From: Candidatus Pacearchaeota archaeon
Lineage (GTDB): Archaea > Nanobdellota > Nanobdellia > Pacearchaeales > GW2011-AR1
Length of the DNA stretch: 62,754 bases
Assembly (NCBI GenBank): GCA_017609285.1
Contig: JAFCEE010000004.1
Span: 1 to 62,754 of the forward strand
Reading direction: 5' to 3'
Shown: positions 45,426 to 56,300 of the stretch, in pieces
How positions within the stretch are numbered: position 1 is the first letter of the stretch
Layout of the letters: each line of letters begins with the position of its first letter
Translations under genes and position numbers: made by a program
Notes under the pieces: model-generated
What the model was told of the DNA's origin: nothing
Database searches by the model: none
What the model saw: the letters and a program-made list of their open reading frames with translations, nothing else

Positions 45426-47054
45426 ACTTCCAAAAATTTCTTCTAAACTTAGTTCTAGGTAAGTGAGAGGCATTTTTAGATTCCATGATTTGAGTAAAGA
45501 AGGATGTACTTCTCCGAGAAAACCCAATTCTTTATCTTTAAGTAAAATTTTTCCGACCCTTCCTTCTATGAAATTTTCTTTTTCTGTTTCTTCTATTTTA
45601 AATTCAAGAGCCAACATTCTTGCCAGATACTCAAAAATCTGCTTTAGTTCAGTGAAATTTCCCGGTGTTATTGCAATTGCAAGATGTTTAGATTCTTTTA
45701 TTCCTGTTTCTTGTTTGTCATCTTTATCGAAAACTACACCAACTTCAAATATTTTTTGAGGATATTCCGCATCTATATTTTTACTCAGAACCCTTAGAGT
45801 AGATGGTAATAAAGAAAGCCTTAAAATTTTATAATCTGTTTTGCTATTCTCTACTTCTATTTTTGGTTTTAATCCTGTTTTTTTAATGTCTTGTTTTGTT
45901 AGCAAATGATGTGTATTTATTTCAATTAAGCCTAGACCAGTTAAAATTTCAGATATTTTTCTTATTATTTTTTCCTCTTTTGCTTCTTCTCCTATAGTCG
46001 CTATAGAGGGTATTTCTGGTAAGAAGTTTTCGTAACCATAAGCAATAGCTATGTCTTCATAAATATCAACTGGATGTAGTATATCTGTTCTCCATGCAGG
46101 AATTTCAACTTCATTATTTTTTGAGTTGTAATTATAACCCATTTTTTCAAGAAGTTTTTTTATTTGTTTTTCCTGCAAGCTTAGGCCTAAAAGTTTGTTT
46201 GCTTCTTCAATAGAAATTTTCATTTTTTCTGGTTGTAAGTCAGGGGTAAGCTCTTCTTTTTTATATCTTAATTTCATTTGATAAATCTTGCCCCCCATTT
46301 CAGCTAACATTGTTACTAAAATGTTTAGGGTTTTTTTCAAAATCTCAAAATCAGAGCCAGAACATTCAATAAAAATATCTTTTGTTTTTTCTGTTATTTT
46401 TCCTGTTTTTTCTGAGTTTATAATAGGGGGCATACTTAAAATTTCTCCTTTACTGTCGACGAAGATTGGAAACTTTTCTTTTCCTTGCAAAAGATGGGCA
46501 TATTCTCTTCCAGTAGGATGCTGTCTAAGAATTTGTGAAGCAGTCATCTCTTTTTGAGATTCTAGTGGTTGGAATTTGATGTCTTGAGATTTTCTTGCTT
46601 CAAATTTTATTGGCAAATCTATTTTTTCGAGAGGATAAATTCCTATAGCTATCTTCTTTCTGTTTCTTCCTAAAGTAGAGTGAATCTTTTCTTGTATATC
46701 TATTACCTCCTTTATTTTTTCATCATCAAATTTGAGATTTTTAACTATGGCACAAGCTGTATATGGCCTCACATCCTTAACTGATTTGTCAATAATAACC
46801 TCATAATTTTTTTCTGGTTTATGCGCCTTATATTTCTTTAAACCTGTCTTCTTTCCTAAGAAAGCTAAGAAAGAACGTAGATAGCTTTGTAAAGAATATA
46901 AATCTGGACGATTTGGGAAAATCTCTATTCCTACTTCTTCATCTGTTAAAAATTCTAAAGGAGTTCCAAACATAGTAATTCTTTCTTGCATTTTTTCATC
47001 TATTTTTCCTATAACTTTTTCAAATTCTTTTCTTGGAAAAGTTACTACTGCCAT
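45417..47054 (-). CDS. pheT: phenylalanyl-tRNA synthetase beta subunit (archaeal)
   Basis: B3/4 and B5 domain pattern; directly downstream of pheS. Confidence 0.9.
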   Translation of the reverse strand: MAVVTFPRKEFEKVIGKIDEKMQERITMFGTPLEFLTDEEVGIEIFPNRPDLYSLQSYLRSFLAFLGKKTGLKKYKAHKPEKNYEVIIDKSVKDVRPYTACAIVKNLKFDDEKIKEVIDIQEKIHSTLGRNRKKIAIGIYPLEKIDLPIKFEARKSQDIKFQPLESQKEMTASQILRQHPTGREYAHLLQGKEKFPIFVDSKGEILSMPPIINSEKTGKITEKTKDIFIECSGSDFEILKKTLNILVTMLAEMGGKIYQMKLRYKKEELTPDLQPEKMKISIEEANKLLGLSLQEKQIKKLLEKMGYNYNSKNNEVEIPAWRTDILHPVDIYEDIAIAYGYENFLPEIPSIATIGEEAKEEKIIRKISEILTGLGLIEINTHHLLTKQDIKKTGLKPKIEVENSKTDYKILRLSLLPSTLRVLSKNIDAEYPQKIFEVGVVFDKDDKQETGIKESKHLAIAITPGNFTELKQIFEYLARMLALEFKIEETEKENFIEGRVGKILLKDKELGFLGEVHPSLLKSWNLKMPLTYLELSLEEIFGSLS

Positions 47055-47055
47055 T

Positions 47056-48582
47056 TTAAACCCAAAACTTTATTTTTCTCAATTTAGTTAAATCATTTTT
47101 GTACATTTCTCTCATGTCTTTTATGTTATAGTAATCCATTAAAATTCTGTCAAATCCAGGGCCCCAAGCTAAAACAGGGATATATTCTCCTAACAAAGGA
47201 ACTACAACCTCAGGCCTAAAAATTCCTGCTCCTCCTAATTCAAGCCACACTTTTCTTTCTTCATTCCAAGCAGAAATTTCAACTGAAGGTTCTGTATAGG
47301 GAAAATAAGCAGGGGCAAATCTAATATTTTTGAAACCCATTTTTTTGAAAAACTCTTTTAAATAACCTAATAAATGCTTAAAGTTAGCGTCTTTATCTAC
47401 AACAATACCTTCTGTCTGATTAAATTCGAACTCATGTGACCAATCAAGAGTTTCATTTCTAAAACACTTGCCAATTGCAAAAAATTTTCCTTTTTTATTT
47501 TTTAAATTTCTTAAAGATGCTAATGTATGTGCAGACAAGGCAGTAGTATGTGTCCTTAAAATTATTCTTCTTGCTTCTTCTTTGTTCCAGGAATATTTCC
47601 AGCCTTTGCTTCCACTAATGCCTTTTTCATGGGTTTTTTCTACTTGCCCCACTAATTTTTTATCTGGCAATTTTCCTTCAACATTTTTGATATAAAAAGT
47701 ATCATGCATCTCCCTAACCGGATGATCTTGAGCTGTAAACAAGGCATCAAAATTCCAAAAAGAAGTTTGCGTTAATGTAGAAGTCATTTCTTTAAAACCT
47801 AATTCTAACCAAATTTTCCTTGCATGTTCTACAGCCTGATTTACAAAATGCTTCTTTCCGCCATTTATGGCCGGAACCTTACTAACCACATCGTATTTTC
47901 TGAATTTTTTTCCTTTCCATTCCTCTTTTTTAATCATTTCAGGAGTTAATTCTTCTATCATATCTTTATATTTGGTTAATTTAGTTAAATCCTCTGTAAT
48001 GATCTGCTTACCTAATTCTGTTAAATCTACTTTTATCTCTTTTTCTACATTCACTTCAATTATGTCCTTCCTTTTCCTTAAATTTTCAAAAGCTAATTTT
48101 TGTTCTGGTTTAAGTTTATCATAAGGAAGAGGTAGACTTTCTATTAATTGCTCTTCCAAACTCCTCTTTTCTATTTCCTCTAAAGCTCCTATGAAAATTA
48201 TTTTTCCTTTTTTTACTTCAATTAAAGCTTTCTTTTTCAATGCACCAATTCCAGCTTTTAACTCATTCTCAGATAATTTTCCTTGCTCCCTTGCTTCTTC
48301 TAAAGAGAGAGTTTTTCTTTCTGAAAGTAAGTTGAGAAGTCTTCTCTCGGGTAAGCCAATCCTTAAGTAAATTACACCATTATTTCCTAAATCTATAATT
48401 TTCTTTTCTGTTTTTTTTATTTTTATTATATTTTTATTATTCAAAAACTCTAATGCTCTTAAAACTCTTATTTTATCTAAATTAGATTTTTCTGATATCT
48501 TTGTTAGAGTTTTTTCTGTTAAATAAGGAAGAATAGCTCTTTCATCAGGATTTAATCTTTCTATTAACTTTTCTATCTCCAT
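47056..48582 (-). CDS. pheS: phenylalanyl-tRNA synthetase alpha subunit
   Basis: Class II core (FRNETLDWSHEFEFNQTEG..., GAGIFRPEV). Start moved to the MEIEKL ATG at 48582. Confidence 0.9.
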   Translation of the reverse strand: MEIEKLIERLNPDERAILPYLTEKTLTKISEKSNLDKIRVLRALEFLNNKNIIKIKKTEKKIIDLGNNGVIYLRIGLPERRLLNLLSERKTLSLEEAREQGKLSENELKAGIGALKKKALIEVKKGKIIFIGALEEIEKRSLEEQLIESLPLPYDKLKPEQKLAFENLRKRKDIIEVNVEKEIKVDLTELGKQIITEDLTKLTKYKDMIEELTPEMIKKEEWKGKKFRKYDVVSKVPAINGGKKHFVNQAVEHARKIWLELGFKEMTSTLTQTSFWNFDALFTAQDHPVREMHDTFYIKNVEGKLPDKKLVGQVEKTHEKGISGSKGWKYSWNKEEARRIILRTHTTALSAHTLASLRNLKNKKGKFFAIGKCFRNETLDWSHEFEFNQTEGIVVDKDANFKHLLGYLKEFFKKMGFKNIRFAPAYFPYTEPSVEISAWNEERKVWLELGGAGIFRPEVVVPLLGEYIPVLAWGPGFDRILMDYYNIKDMREMYKNDLTKLRKIKFWV

Positions 48583-48662
48583 ATTGAAAGTAAAGAAGGT
48601 AAGTTTAAAAATATTAGCATGGTTTTGCATAAATTTTTATATTAATTTTTTCTTGTAAATTT

Positions 48663-49702
48663 ATGGTAGGGCAAAAAAGAGGCAAGTTTTTTTCAGCACT
48701 GGGTTTTGTTTTGTTTTTGTATTTATTTATTTTTTCTATTACACTTATGAAGCAATCTTTTTCCTCTTTAGGGGAGAGTATCCTTAGAATAACAAGTAGG
48801 GATTTAAGTCCTGTTAATGCTTTTGGGATTGGATGGCTTTCTACTTTAGTTATGCAATCTAGTGGTGCGGCTACTGTAGCTTTAATTACTCTTTATTCAG
48901 CTGGCTTAATCGGATTTAGAATACTGGTTTATATGATTTTAGGGACGAGAATAGGAACTACTATCACTGCTTTATTTGTTGCTTTATTGATTCATGCGAA
49001 AAGAAGAGATTTTAGACATGGTTTTGAAATAGGTTTAGCTAATTTAGTTTATGCTTTTCCCATAGCTATCTTAATGTTTCTTTTAGAATATTTTTTCAAA
49101 CTTTTTTCTCAAATAGGAAATTATTAGGTATAAATTTTAAACTGAACTTTATTGAAACTATTACTTCTCCCTTACTTAATTTACTCTCTTTTTTACCTAG
49201 TATTATTTTAGTTTTACTCGCTGTACTCATTTTGATTATTAGTTTGAGGGTAATGCCTAAATTCATGCTTTCTTTGTGGGGAGAAAAATATTTGAGGGAA
49301 AAAATAAATAAGTATCTTGGAAATAAATGGATGGCTTTTTTAATTGGCTTTTTAATTACTGCTATTTTAATGTCGACAAGTATCACCATTACTTTACTTG
49401 TTCCAATTGTTGTTTTAAGATTAGTTAATCTGAAAAAAGTTTTGCCGTATATGATAGGGGCTAATGTTGGTGGTGTTTTTGATGTTGTTATGGGAGGTTT
49501 AGTTATTGGAAGTTCTGCTTTTTCAGCTATTTTTGTTTATGTTTGTTTTAGTGTTTTTGGTCTGTTATGGCTTTTTAATACTCAGCTTTTATTTGACATA
49601 ACTAAATTTATCTCAAAAAAAATCGTGCGTGTTTCTAGAAAAAGAGCTTTTCTTTTCTTGTTGTTTTTCATTTTACTTTCCTTAGTTTTAGCATTTGCAT
49701 AA
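48663..49702 (+). pseudogene. Na/Pi-cotransporter-family membrane protein, split by a frameshift near 49043-49127
   Basis: Two ORFs (48663-49127 in frame 0; frame 2 open from 49043 to 49702) each carry a Na_Pi_cotrans-like repeat (GIGWLSTLVMQSSGAATV...; LMSTSITITLLVPIV...). Confidence 0.5.
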
Positions 49703-49726
49703 ATTTTTATATTCAAAGAATTATTA

Positions 49727-50560
49727 TTGTCTATGTCAGATGTAAGAAAAGCTATTGTTGCAGGACAGTTTTATCCTTCTGACAAAGCTGTCTTAGAAAG
49801 TCAGGTGAAAAATTTTCTGAGTAAAGATAAGAAAGAAAATGTTAAAGCAGGAATAGTACCCCATGCTGGCTATGTTTTTTCTGGTTCGCTGGCAGGGAAA
49901 GTAATTGGTAAGATTAAAAAGAAAAAAAATTTTATTATTATTGGAGTAAATCATTCTGGTATTGGTGGAAAATTATCTTTTTCTGCTAAAAATTTTGAAA
50001 CACCACTTGGTATAGTTAAAAATAATCAAAAGATAGGAGAGAAAATTCTAGAAAAGTTGAAAAAAGAGATAGATGTAAGTATAAATGAACAAGCTCATCA
50101 ATTTGAACATAGCATAGAGATAGAGTTGCCTTTTTTACAAATTTCACAGAAAAAATTTTCTATTGTGCCAATCTTGCCTAAAAATTTGAATTATGTTGAT
50201 TGTAAAAAAACAGCTGAGATTCTTTCTGAATTTATAAGAGAAGATACTTGCTTGATTGTTTCCTCAGATTTTACTCATTATGGCTTTAATTATGGTTTTA
50301 TTCCTTTCACTGAAAATGTTAAAGAAAATTTATACAATTTAGATAAAGACATTATAGATGAGATTTTAGCTTTGAATTCAAGAAGAGTGTATGAAAAAGC
50401 AGGGAAAAGTACTGTATGTGGAGTATTAGGCTTGACTATTTTAACTGAAATAGCTAAGATTAAGAAGTGGAAAGCTAAGTTAATTGGCTACTATACTTCT
50501 GGTGACGTTCTTGGAGATTGGGGAAATGCTGTCGGTTATGCTGGGATTGTGTTTACTTAA
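49727..50560 (+). CDS. MEMO1 / AmmeMemoRadiSam system protein B
   Basis: GIVPHAGYVFSG, HQFEHSIEIELPFLQ motifs. Confidence 0.8.
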   Translation: MSMSDVRKAIVAGQFYPSDKAVLESQVKNFLSKDKKENVKAGIVPHAGYVFSGSLAGKVIGKIKKKKNFIIIGVNHSGIGGKLSFSAKNFETPLGIVKNNQKIGEKILEKLKKEIDVSINEQAHQFEHSIEIELPFLQISQKKFSIVPILPKNLNYVDCKKTAEILSEFIREDTCLIVSSDFTHYGFNYGFIPFTENVKENLYNLDKDIIDEILALNSRRVYEKAGKSTVCGVLGLTILTEIAKIKKWKAKLIGYYTSGDVLGDWGNAVGYAGIVFT

Positions 50561-50952
50561 TCTAAAGCTTTTTTGGCAAGGTCAGTTGGCAAACCTAATG
50601 TTAGGAGAAAAGAAAATGCCTGTTTTTTATTTTTATAATTTAAAAGCTTAAAATTATTTTTATATTTTTTAATCAATCTTATGTTCTGTAACATTCTTCC
50701 GAGGATTATAGCTTTTATTTTTTTATCTTTTTCTTTTGCCAACTCATTTAAATCAAAAGCTATGGCAATAGAGTTTTTTTTAGCTATCTTACATAAAACC
50801 TGGTTAAGTCCAGAATCTCTCTGCTTTAATTTGTCTTTTTTATTTTTGTGGGAGAGAATGAGCATTTCTGCATTTTTGTTTTCTAAAGCTTTTCTATTAA
50901 AAGCTATGTCTTTTCCCTGTATTATTTTACCTTGTCTTTTTATTTTTTCCAT
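50557..50952 (-). CDS. short RNase P protein component 3 (Rpp30)-like protein
   Basis: 131 aa. Pattern DSGLNQVLCKIAKKNSIAIAFDLNEL...ILGRMLQNIRLIKKYK...LGLPTDLAKKAL resembles the C-terminal half of archaeal Rpp30. Confidence 0.4.
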   Translation of the reverse strand: MEKIKRQGKIIQGKDIAFNRKALENKNAEMLILSHKNKKDKLKQRDSGLNQVLCKIAKKNSIAIAFDLNELAKEKDKKIKAIILGRMLQNIRLIKKYKNNFKLLNYKNKKQAFSFLLTLGLPTDLAKKALD

Positions 50953-51020
50953 TTTTACATAATGTTTTTAAACTTCAAAAATCTTTGGTTTTTGCTTTTA
51001 ATCTTGGTCCAGCTGTTAAA

Positions 51021-51296
51021 ATGAATGAGGAAAATGTTGTGTTATATAGAAAGGGATTCCCTTATGGAAGTGGGTGTGCTTGGTTCAGAGATGTAAGAGA
51101 TGCTATAAATTATGATGGCTGTGTTTTGGATAATAAAATATATTATCTGCCTGTTGGTAAAGATAAATTTTTAAGATATTTCAGAGAAAATGGCATTGGC
51201 TATGTTTTAAAAGAATCAGAAAGAAGGATATGGGAGTCGATTTCATTAAGAATTAAAGTTGTTCCTTCTTGTTTGGTGGAAAGGATTTTATGTTAA
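51021..51296 (+). CDS. hypothetical protein
   Basis: First ATG within ORF-track frame 50985-51296; no family recognised. Confidence 0.35.
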   Translation: MNEENVVLYRKGFPYGSGCAWFRDVRDAINYDGCVLDNKIYYLPVGKDKFLRYFRENGIGYVLKESERRIWESISLRIKVVPSCLVERILC

Positions 51297-51300
51297 AAAT

Positions 51301-51987
51301 CTAGCCATAGATTACTGTGCCTTTAAATCTCTTTCCTGACAGTAAATTATTGAGGTTTTTTATATTTTTTCCCAAAATATAGGTTTTTATCTTATATTTT
51401 TTAATTATCCTGGCTGCTGACTGGTCTAGAACAAAATGTTGTCCTGGCTCGAATTCAATTTTTTTTGCTTTATCATAAAAATCCCTCCATGAGATTTTTG
51501 GTATGAATTTGGCATTTTTGTATTTTAGGGGATTTTTTGTGTAAAGTCCAGAAACTAATGTTAGATTTATAAATTCACAAGAAAAAAACCTTGCTAATTT
51601 AGCTGATGTAGCGTCAGAAGTTTCGTTTTCAGCATATCTTAGAGCACCACAAAAAACAGGGTTGTTTTTTTTCAAGAGATTTGAAACTTGTTTCATGTCA
51701 TGAGGAATGCCTTCATTGGCATCTTTGCCAAACAAATATGTAAGAAAACGAGCGTTTAATCTTGTTGCTCCTATCCCAGCCAAACTTTGGAAATATTCTG
51801 ATTTTCCGGCTTGTTTCAAAGCTTTAATGTATTTTCTAGCTACAGAACCACCCCCTGTAACTATGACAAATTTATAATTTTTTTTATGTTTATTTATGAC
51901 TTTTTTGAATTTTTCAAGGAAATTTATATTTACATTATTTGGAATAATCAAACTGCCACCTAAACTTATCACCAATACTTTTTTCAT
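51301..51987 (-). CDS. pyrH: UMP kinase (archaeal type)
   Basis: Amino-acid-kinase fold: VISLGGSLI, TGGGSVARKY. Confidence 0.8.
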   Translation of the reverse strand: MKKVLVISLGGSLIIPNNVNINFLEKFKKVINKHKKNYKFVIVTGGGSVARKYIKALKQAGKSEYFQSLAGIGATRLNARFLTYLFGKDANEGIPHDMKQVSNLLKKNNPVFCGALRYAENETSDATSAKLARFFSCEFINLTLVSGLYTKNPLKYKNAKFIPKISWRDFYDKAKKIEFEPGQHFVLDQSAARIIKKYKIKTYILGKNIKNLNNLLSGKRFKGTVIYG

Positions 51988-52078
51988 TCATACTTAAAGA
52001 GATAAGAGTATTTAAGGTTTTTTAATGTATATACTTTATTATAACAATTGTTTTTAATATAGTTTCTCTAATAAATAG

Positions 52079-52528
52079 ATGAGTAAGGCAAGGAGCTATG
52101 AGAGATGGCTTAAAAATTATATTCTTCATAAATATGGATTTATTTTAGAATCAAAAAGAGAAGAGAGATATATCCCTGATTGGGGTTTAGTTCGGGAGGT
52201 TAATTTAAAATTTCCAAAAGGAGTTTCATATCGTATATCTTTTCGTGGAGATAAAGCACAATATTTTTTTGCAGATCTTGAAATAAGTGAGAGCGAGAGA
52301 GATAGACTTATTGAAATTTTGAAAGAGGCAGACAATAATATTTTATTAGATATCAAAACCAAAAAAGGGATAAGGAAAAGATTAAGAAAACTTTCAAGAG
52401 AAAACGGTGTTGCTGAAAGTGAAGTAGCATGTGAAATTAAAAGGTTAGGATCTCCGCCAGAAATTCTTTACAATGATTTAACTAAATACATAATTCTTCC
52501 TATTTATAGAGCTATAGCTAAGGGATAG
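52079..52528 (+). CDS. hypothetical protein
   Basis: 149-aa ORF; no family recognised. Confidence 0.4.
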   Translation: MSKARSYERWLKNYILHKYGFILESKREERYIPDWGLVREVNLKFPKGVSYRISFRGDKAQYFFADLEISESERDRLIEILKEADNNILLDIKTKKGIRKRLRKLSRENGVAESEVACEIKRLGSPPEILYNDLTKYIILPIYRAIAKG

Positions 52529-52805
52529 TAAAAAGATTTTCGTCTTTCACATTAAATATACCTAATCTAGAACCAGAATCAAGCCAACCATGAGCATAGT
52601 TGAGGCAAGCAAAAGAGTTAACATAATCTCCTTTTTCTTGGAAATATTTTGCATCATTTAAATAAGCAGAAGCCATCTCGAGAATTTCTTTGGCTTCCTG
52701 TTCTCTTTTATGATTTATTTTTTTCTTTGCTATTTTTAGTGCTTTCTCAGTTATAGAAAAATATTTTTTGAGTCTTGCTTTACAAATTAAGTTGATTTTT
52801 GGCAT
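52518..52805 (-). CDS. DUF357-like small helical protein
   Basis: A..YL.DA.YF...GD...A...L.YAHGWLD.G..LG pattern. Confidence 0.5.
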   Translation of the reverse strand: MPKINLICKARLKKYFSITEKALKIAKKKINHKREQEAKEILEMASAYLNDAKYFQEKGDYVNSFACLNYAHGWLDSGSRLGIFNVKDENLFTIP

Positions 52806-52837
52806 AATTTTATATACCTATAGGGATTTAAAAGCTT

Positions 52838-53221
52838 ATGGAAATTAAAGTTAAGACAAGAAAAAGAGAAGAGATTATAGATATAACTGAAAAAGTTAGG
52901 AGATTAGTTGAAGGTAAAGAAGGGAAAGCTTGTTTAGTTTATGTGCCTCATGCTACTTGTTCTGTTATCATAAATGAGAACTATGATGAAGCTGTTTGTC
53001 AGGACATTTTAACTTTTTTAAGAAAACAAATTCCAAAAGGGAAATGGGAACATGATAAGATAGATAGTAATGCTGACTCTCATATCAAAGCAAGTTTACT
53101 TGGGCCTTCTCAAATAATCCCAGTAAAAAATGGCGAGTTAGCATTAGGAAGATGGCAAGGTATAGGCTTGGCTGAATTTGACGGCCCAAGAGAGAGGAAA
53201 GTTATTATTAGGATTTTGTAA
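52838..53221 (+). CDS. YjbQ/UPF0047 family protein
   Basis: HATCSVIINENYD...NADSHIKASLLG...GELALGRWQGI. Confidence 0.85.
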   Translation: MEIKVKTRKREEIIDITEKVRRLVEGKEGKACLVYVPHATCSVIINENYDEAVCQDILTFLRKQIPKGKWEHDKIDSNADSHIKASLLGPSQIIPVKNGELALGRWQGIGLAEFDGPRERKVIIRIL

Positions 53222-53321
53222 TTTCAAGAATTTTTGTAGGGTAAAAAGCTTTAAATACTGTCTTTACTTATATTCTCTGTATAATTTGTAAAATAAAAGA
53301 GGACTCTGAGGTGGTTGTAGT

Positions 53322-56300
53322 ATGAGTTATAAGAAATATATTAAAAGAGGTAATAAAATTTATGGACCTTATATTTATAAAAGCGAGAGAAGAGGAGAAA
53401 AAGTTGTTACACAATATATGGGTAAAGGAGAAATTGATAAAAAAAGAAGAAACAAACTCAAATTTTTGTTGGTAATTCCTCTTCTTGTAATTGTTGCTTT
53501 AATTTTTTTTAAAACTTTTCTAACTCCTACTGGGAAGATTGTTTTGGAACCTATTCCTATTTATAAAATCAATGAAACAATAATGGGAGATGTAAAAATA
53601 AATCTAAACCGTGGTGAATTAATCCCTGCTGATTCTTTGATATTATTAAAATTAGATGGGCAAGAAAAAGAAATTTCTTTATCTCAAATCACTTCTATGG
53701 AACCTATAGAAGGGGATTTTTATGCTGAGAATACTGGATTGAGTGGACATGGTTTAGGTTATGGTTTTCCTGGTGAAAAGAAAATTTACCCTACAATTTC
53801 TTTTAAGATTTTAGTTTATGAAATATCTGAAGACATAGAAGAAAGCGAGGTTTCCCAAGAATCCAATGAGGAAAACATTACAAAAGCAGTAGAAGAAGAA
53901 ATCACCTCTGAACCAACAGAAGAAACAACACAAGCAGAAGAACCTGCTCTAGAAATAACAGAACAACAAGCAGAAGAAGAAACTATTACTGAACCAACAG
54001 AAGAAACAAAAGCAGTAGAAGAAGAAATCACCTCTGAACCAGTAGAAGAAACAACACAAGCAGAAGAACCTGCTCTAGAAATAACAGAACAACAAGCAGA
54101 AGAAACATCATCATCCGAAGAAACAAAAGCAGTAGAAGAAGAAATCACCTCTGAACCAGTAGAAGAAACAACACAAGCAGAAGAACCTGCTCCTGAATCG
54201 ATAACACAAACGACAGGAGATGTTAAAGGAGAGGCAGGGATAACTGGAGCAGTAGTCGGAGGTTCAAGAGTTATCGATGGCAAGGTTTCTTATGGCGAAG
54301 AATTCGAGTATGTTCTTGGACCGGGAGAAACAGCTGCAATAATTTCAGAAAGTGTAAAAACTGATGATAAAAATTTAACATCAGATGTTCTAGAGTTTGA
54401 GATTAAAAACAACAAAGTAATAATAACAACACAATATTATGAAACAGAACAAGGTTTTGGTCCTGAGTATCTAACTGATGAGGTTGAAAGCTTGACTGCA
54501 GAACTGGAAAAGTTTAATCTAAAAGCTTTGCCAGGAATTTTAGAGATTTCGATTTTGTATAAGAATACGACAATAACAGAGTTATCAAAAAAAATCAGGG
54601 TTTCAAAACAAGAAATCCCTTTTGAAATAGAGAACATAACTATTAACATAACAGTTACTCCTAACGCAACCTCGATAAAACAAATAAAAACAATTCCAGA
54701 TATAACAATGTTGAAGAATTCTAGATATATATTAAATCTTTCTCATTACTTTTATTCTAATTTTAGTATAACTTATACAGCAATACAGCCAGAAAATATG
54801 AGTATAATTGTGGAAGGCAATAAAGCTGAAATAATTCCTCAAACTAATTTTACTGGAACTCGGGCAAGCAAAATAATAGCTCAAGTAGGAGATTTAATAA
54901 TAGAAAGCAATCTTTTCAATATTATTGTTTCTGAAAGAGATATAAGTTTAAGAACAAGTAAATTGATAAGATTAGGAAAACCAGTTAAGTGGAAAAAGAA
55001 CATTAGGTTGGAGACCCCAACTAATTTTACTATTCAAATCCCAGAAAAATCCAAAAATATAACCATTAGGAAGATTGAGAATGGCAAACAAAAAAAGACA
55101 GAAATTAAAAACTTTAAGGTTAGGGCAGGGACTCTGACAGGGTATCTAACTCTTGAACTGAAACTTGAGAGAAAGCCATCTTTTTTAAAATCTCTAAAAA
55201 ATTTATGGATGGGTCTAAAAAAACTGACTGGTTTGGCAATTGAGAATGAGACAGAAAATACGTTTGTTATAGAAGAAAAATTAACAGAAAATGTTATAGA
55301 AATAGTTATTGAAGATAATGCTACAGAATATGAAATTGAGTATGAAACATCAGCTCCTGAGGCAAGAGAGATAAGAATAGGGAAAGGAAAGAAACAAATT
55401 ACTATTGAGGCTGAACTGCCCTATACTGATATACTTGCATATACTTTTATAGAGGAAAGCAAAGAAGAAGAAATTATTGTAGAGGGAGCAGAATATTATG
55501 AGTTAGTAGATAACAATAATGATGGTCTTGTTGACGAGGTTGACTGGATTGCGAATGTAGGAGATGAGATTTTAATTAGTATAAACAAGACGGATAATCA
55601 AACAAAAAAGGTATTTAATAGAACTAAAAACGCTGATATTTATTATCTTGGGGATAACACTTACAAAGCAGTTATTAGTTTAAAGCAGAAAAATGTTAAA
55701 GTAAACAATACTTATGTTCCTTTAACTGATGTTTTAGAAATGTATTCTAATTATAAGGGCAATATTTATATTAATTTTAACAATACTGAAATTAAATTAA
55801 CACCCTATTACTATTCTGGTTCAGAAAAATTTTATTTAAGTAATATTTCAGATTATGATGTTTTGTATCATTCTCATGTTTATGATAATAAAGGGGGTTA
55901 TAAATATGCTTTTGGGATTTTTAATTTTTCAAAACTTAATACTAATAAAATTGGTTTTGAAATAAATAGTAATAAAAATATTGTTATAGAAAATAATAAA
56001 ATTATTACTGAAAATATTTTAGTTGATTTTTCTGATGTTGCTGAAAGCAATTATTCTTTGAATATGAGTTCAGAATATGTTGAGATTACTGGGGAATTTG
56101 GCGAGAATCTTTATTTAGACCCAAGTGTCACAACACCAGACCCTACTTGGGACAGAACTTGCTATTGGGATGATAGTGCAGGAAATTATAAATTTGATGA
56201 TGCAGCTTCTACAACTTTACCTTGGGGTTATCATAGTACTCTTGGTGACATAAGAAGAGGTGCAATAGACCTTGATATTTCAGCTATTCCAGATGATGTT

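Noticed and set aside
53816-54283. 155-aa minus-strand ORF
   Set aside because: It is an antisense artefact of the acidic tandem repeats (GAA/GAG-rich sense strand gives a stop-free antisense).
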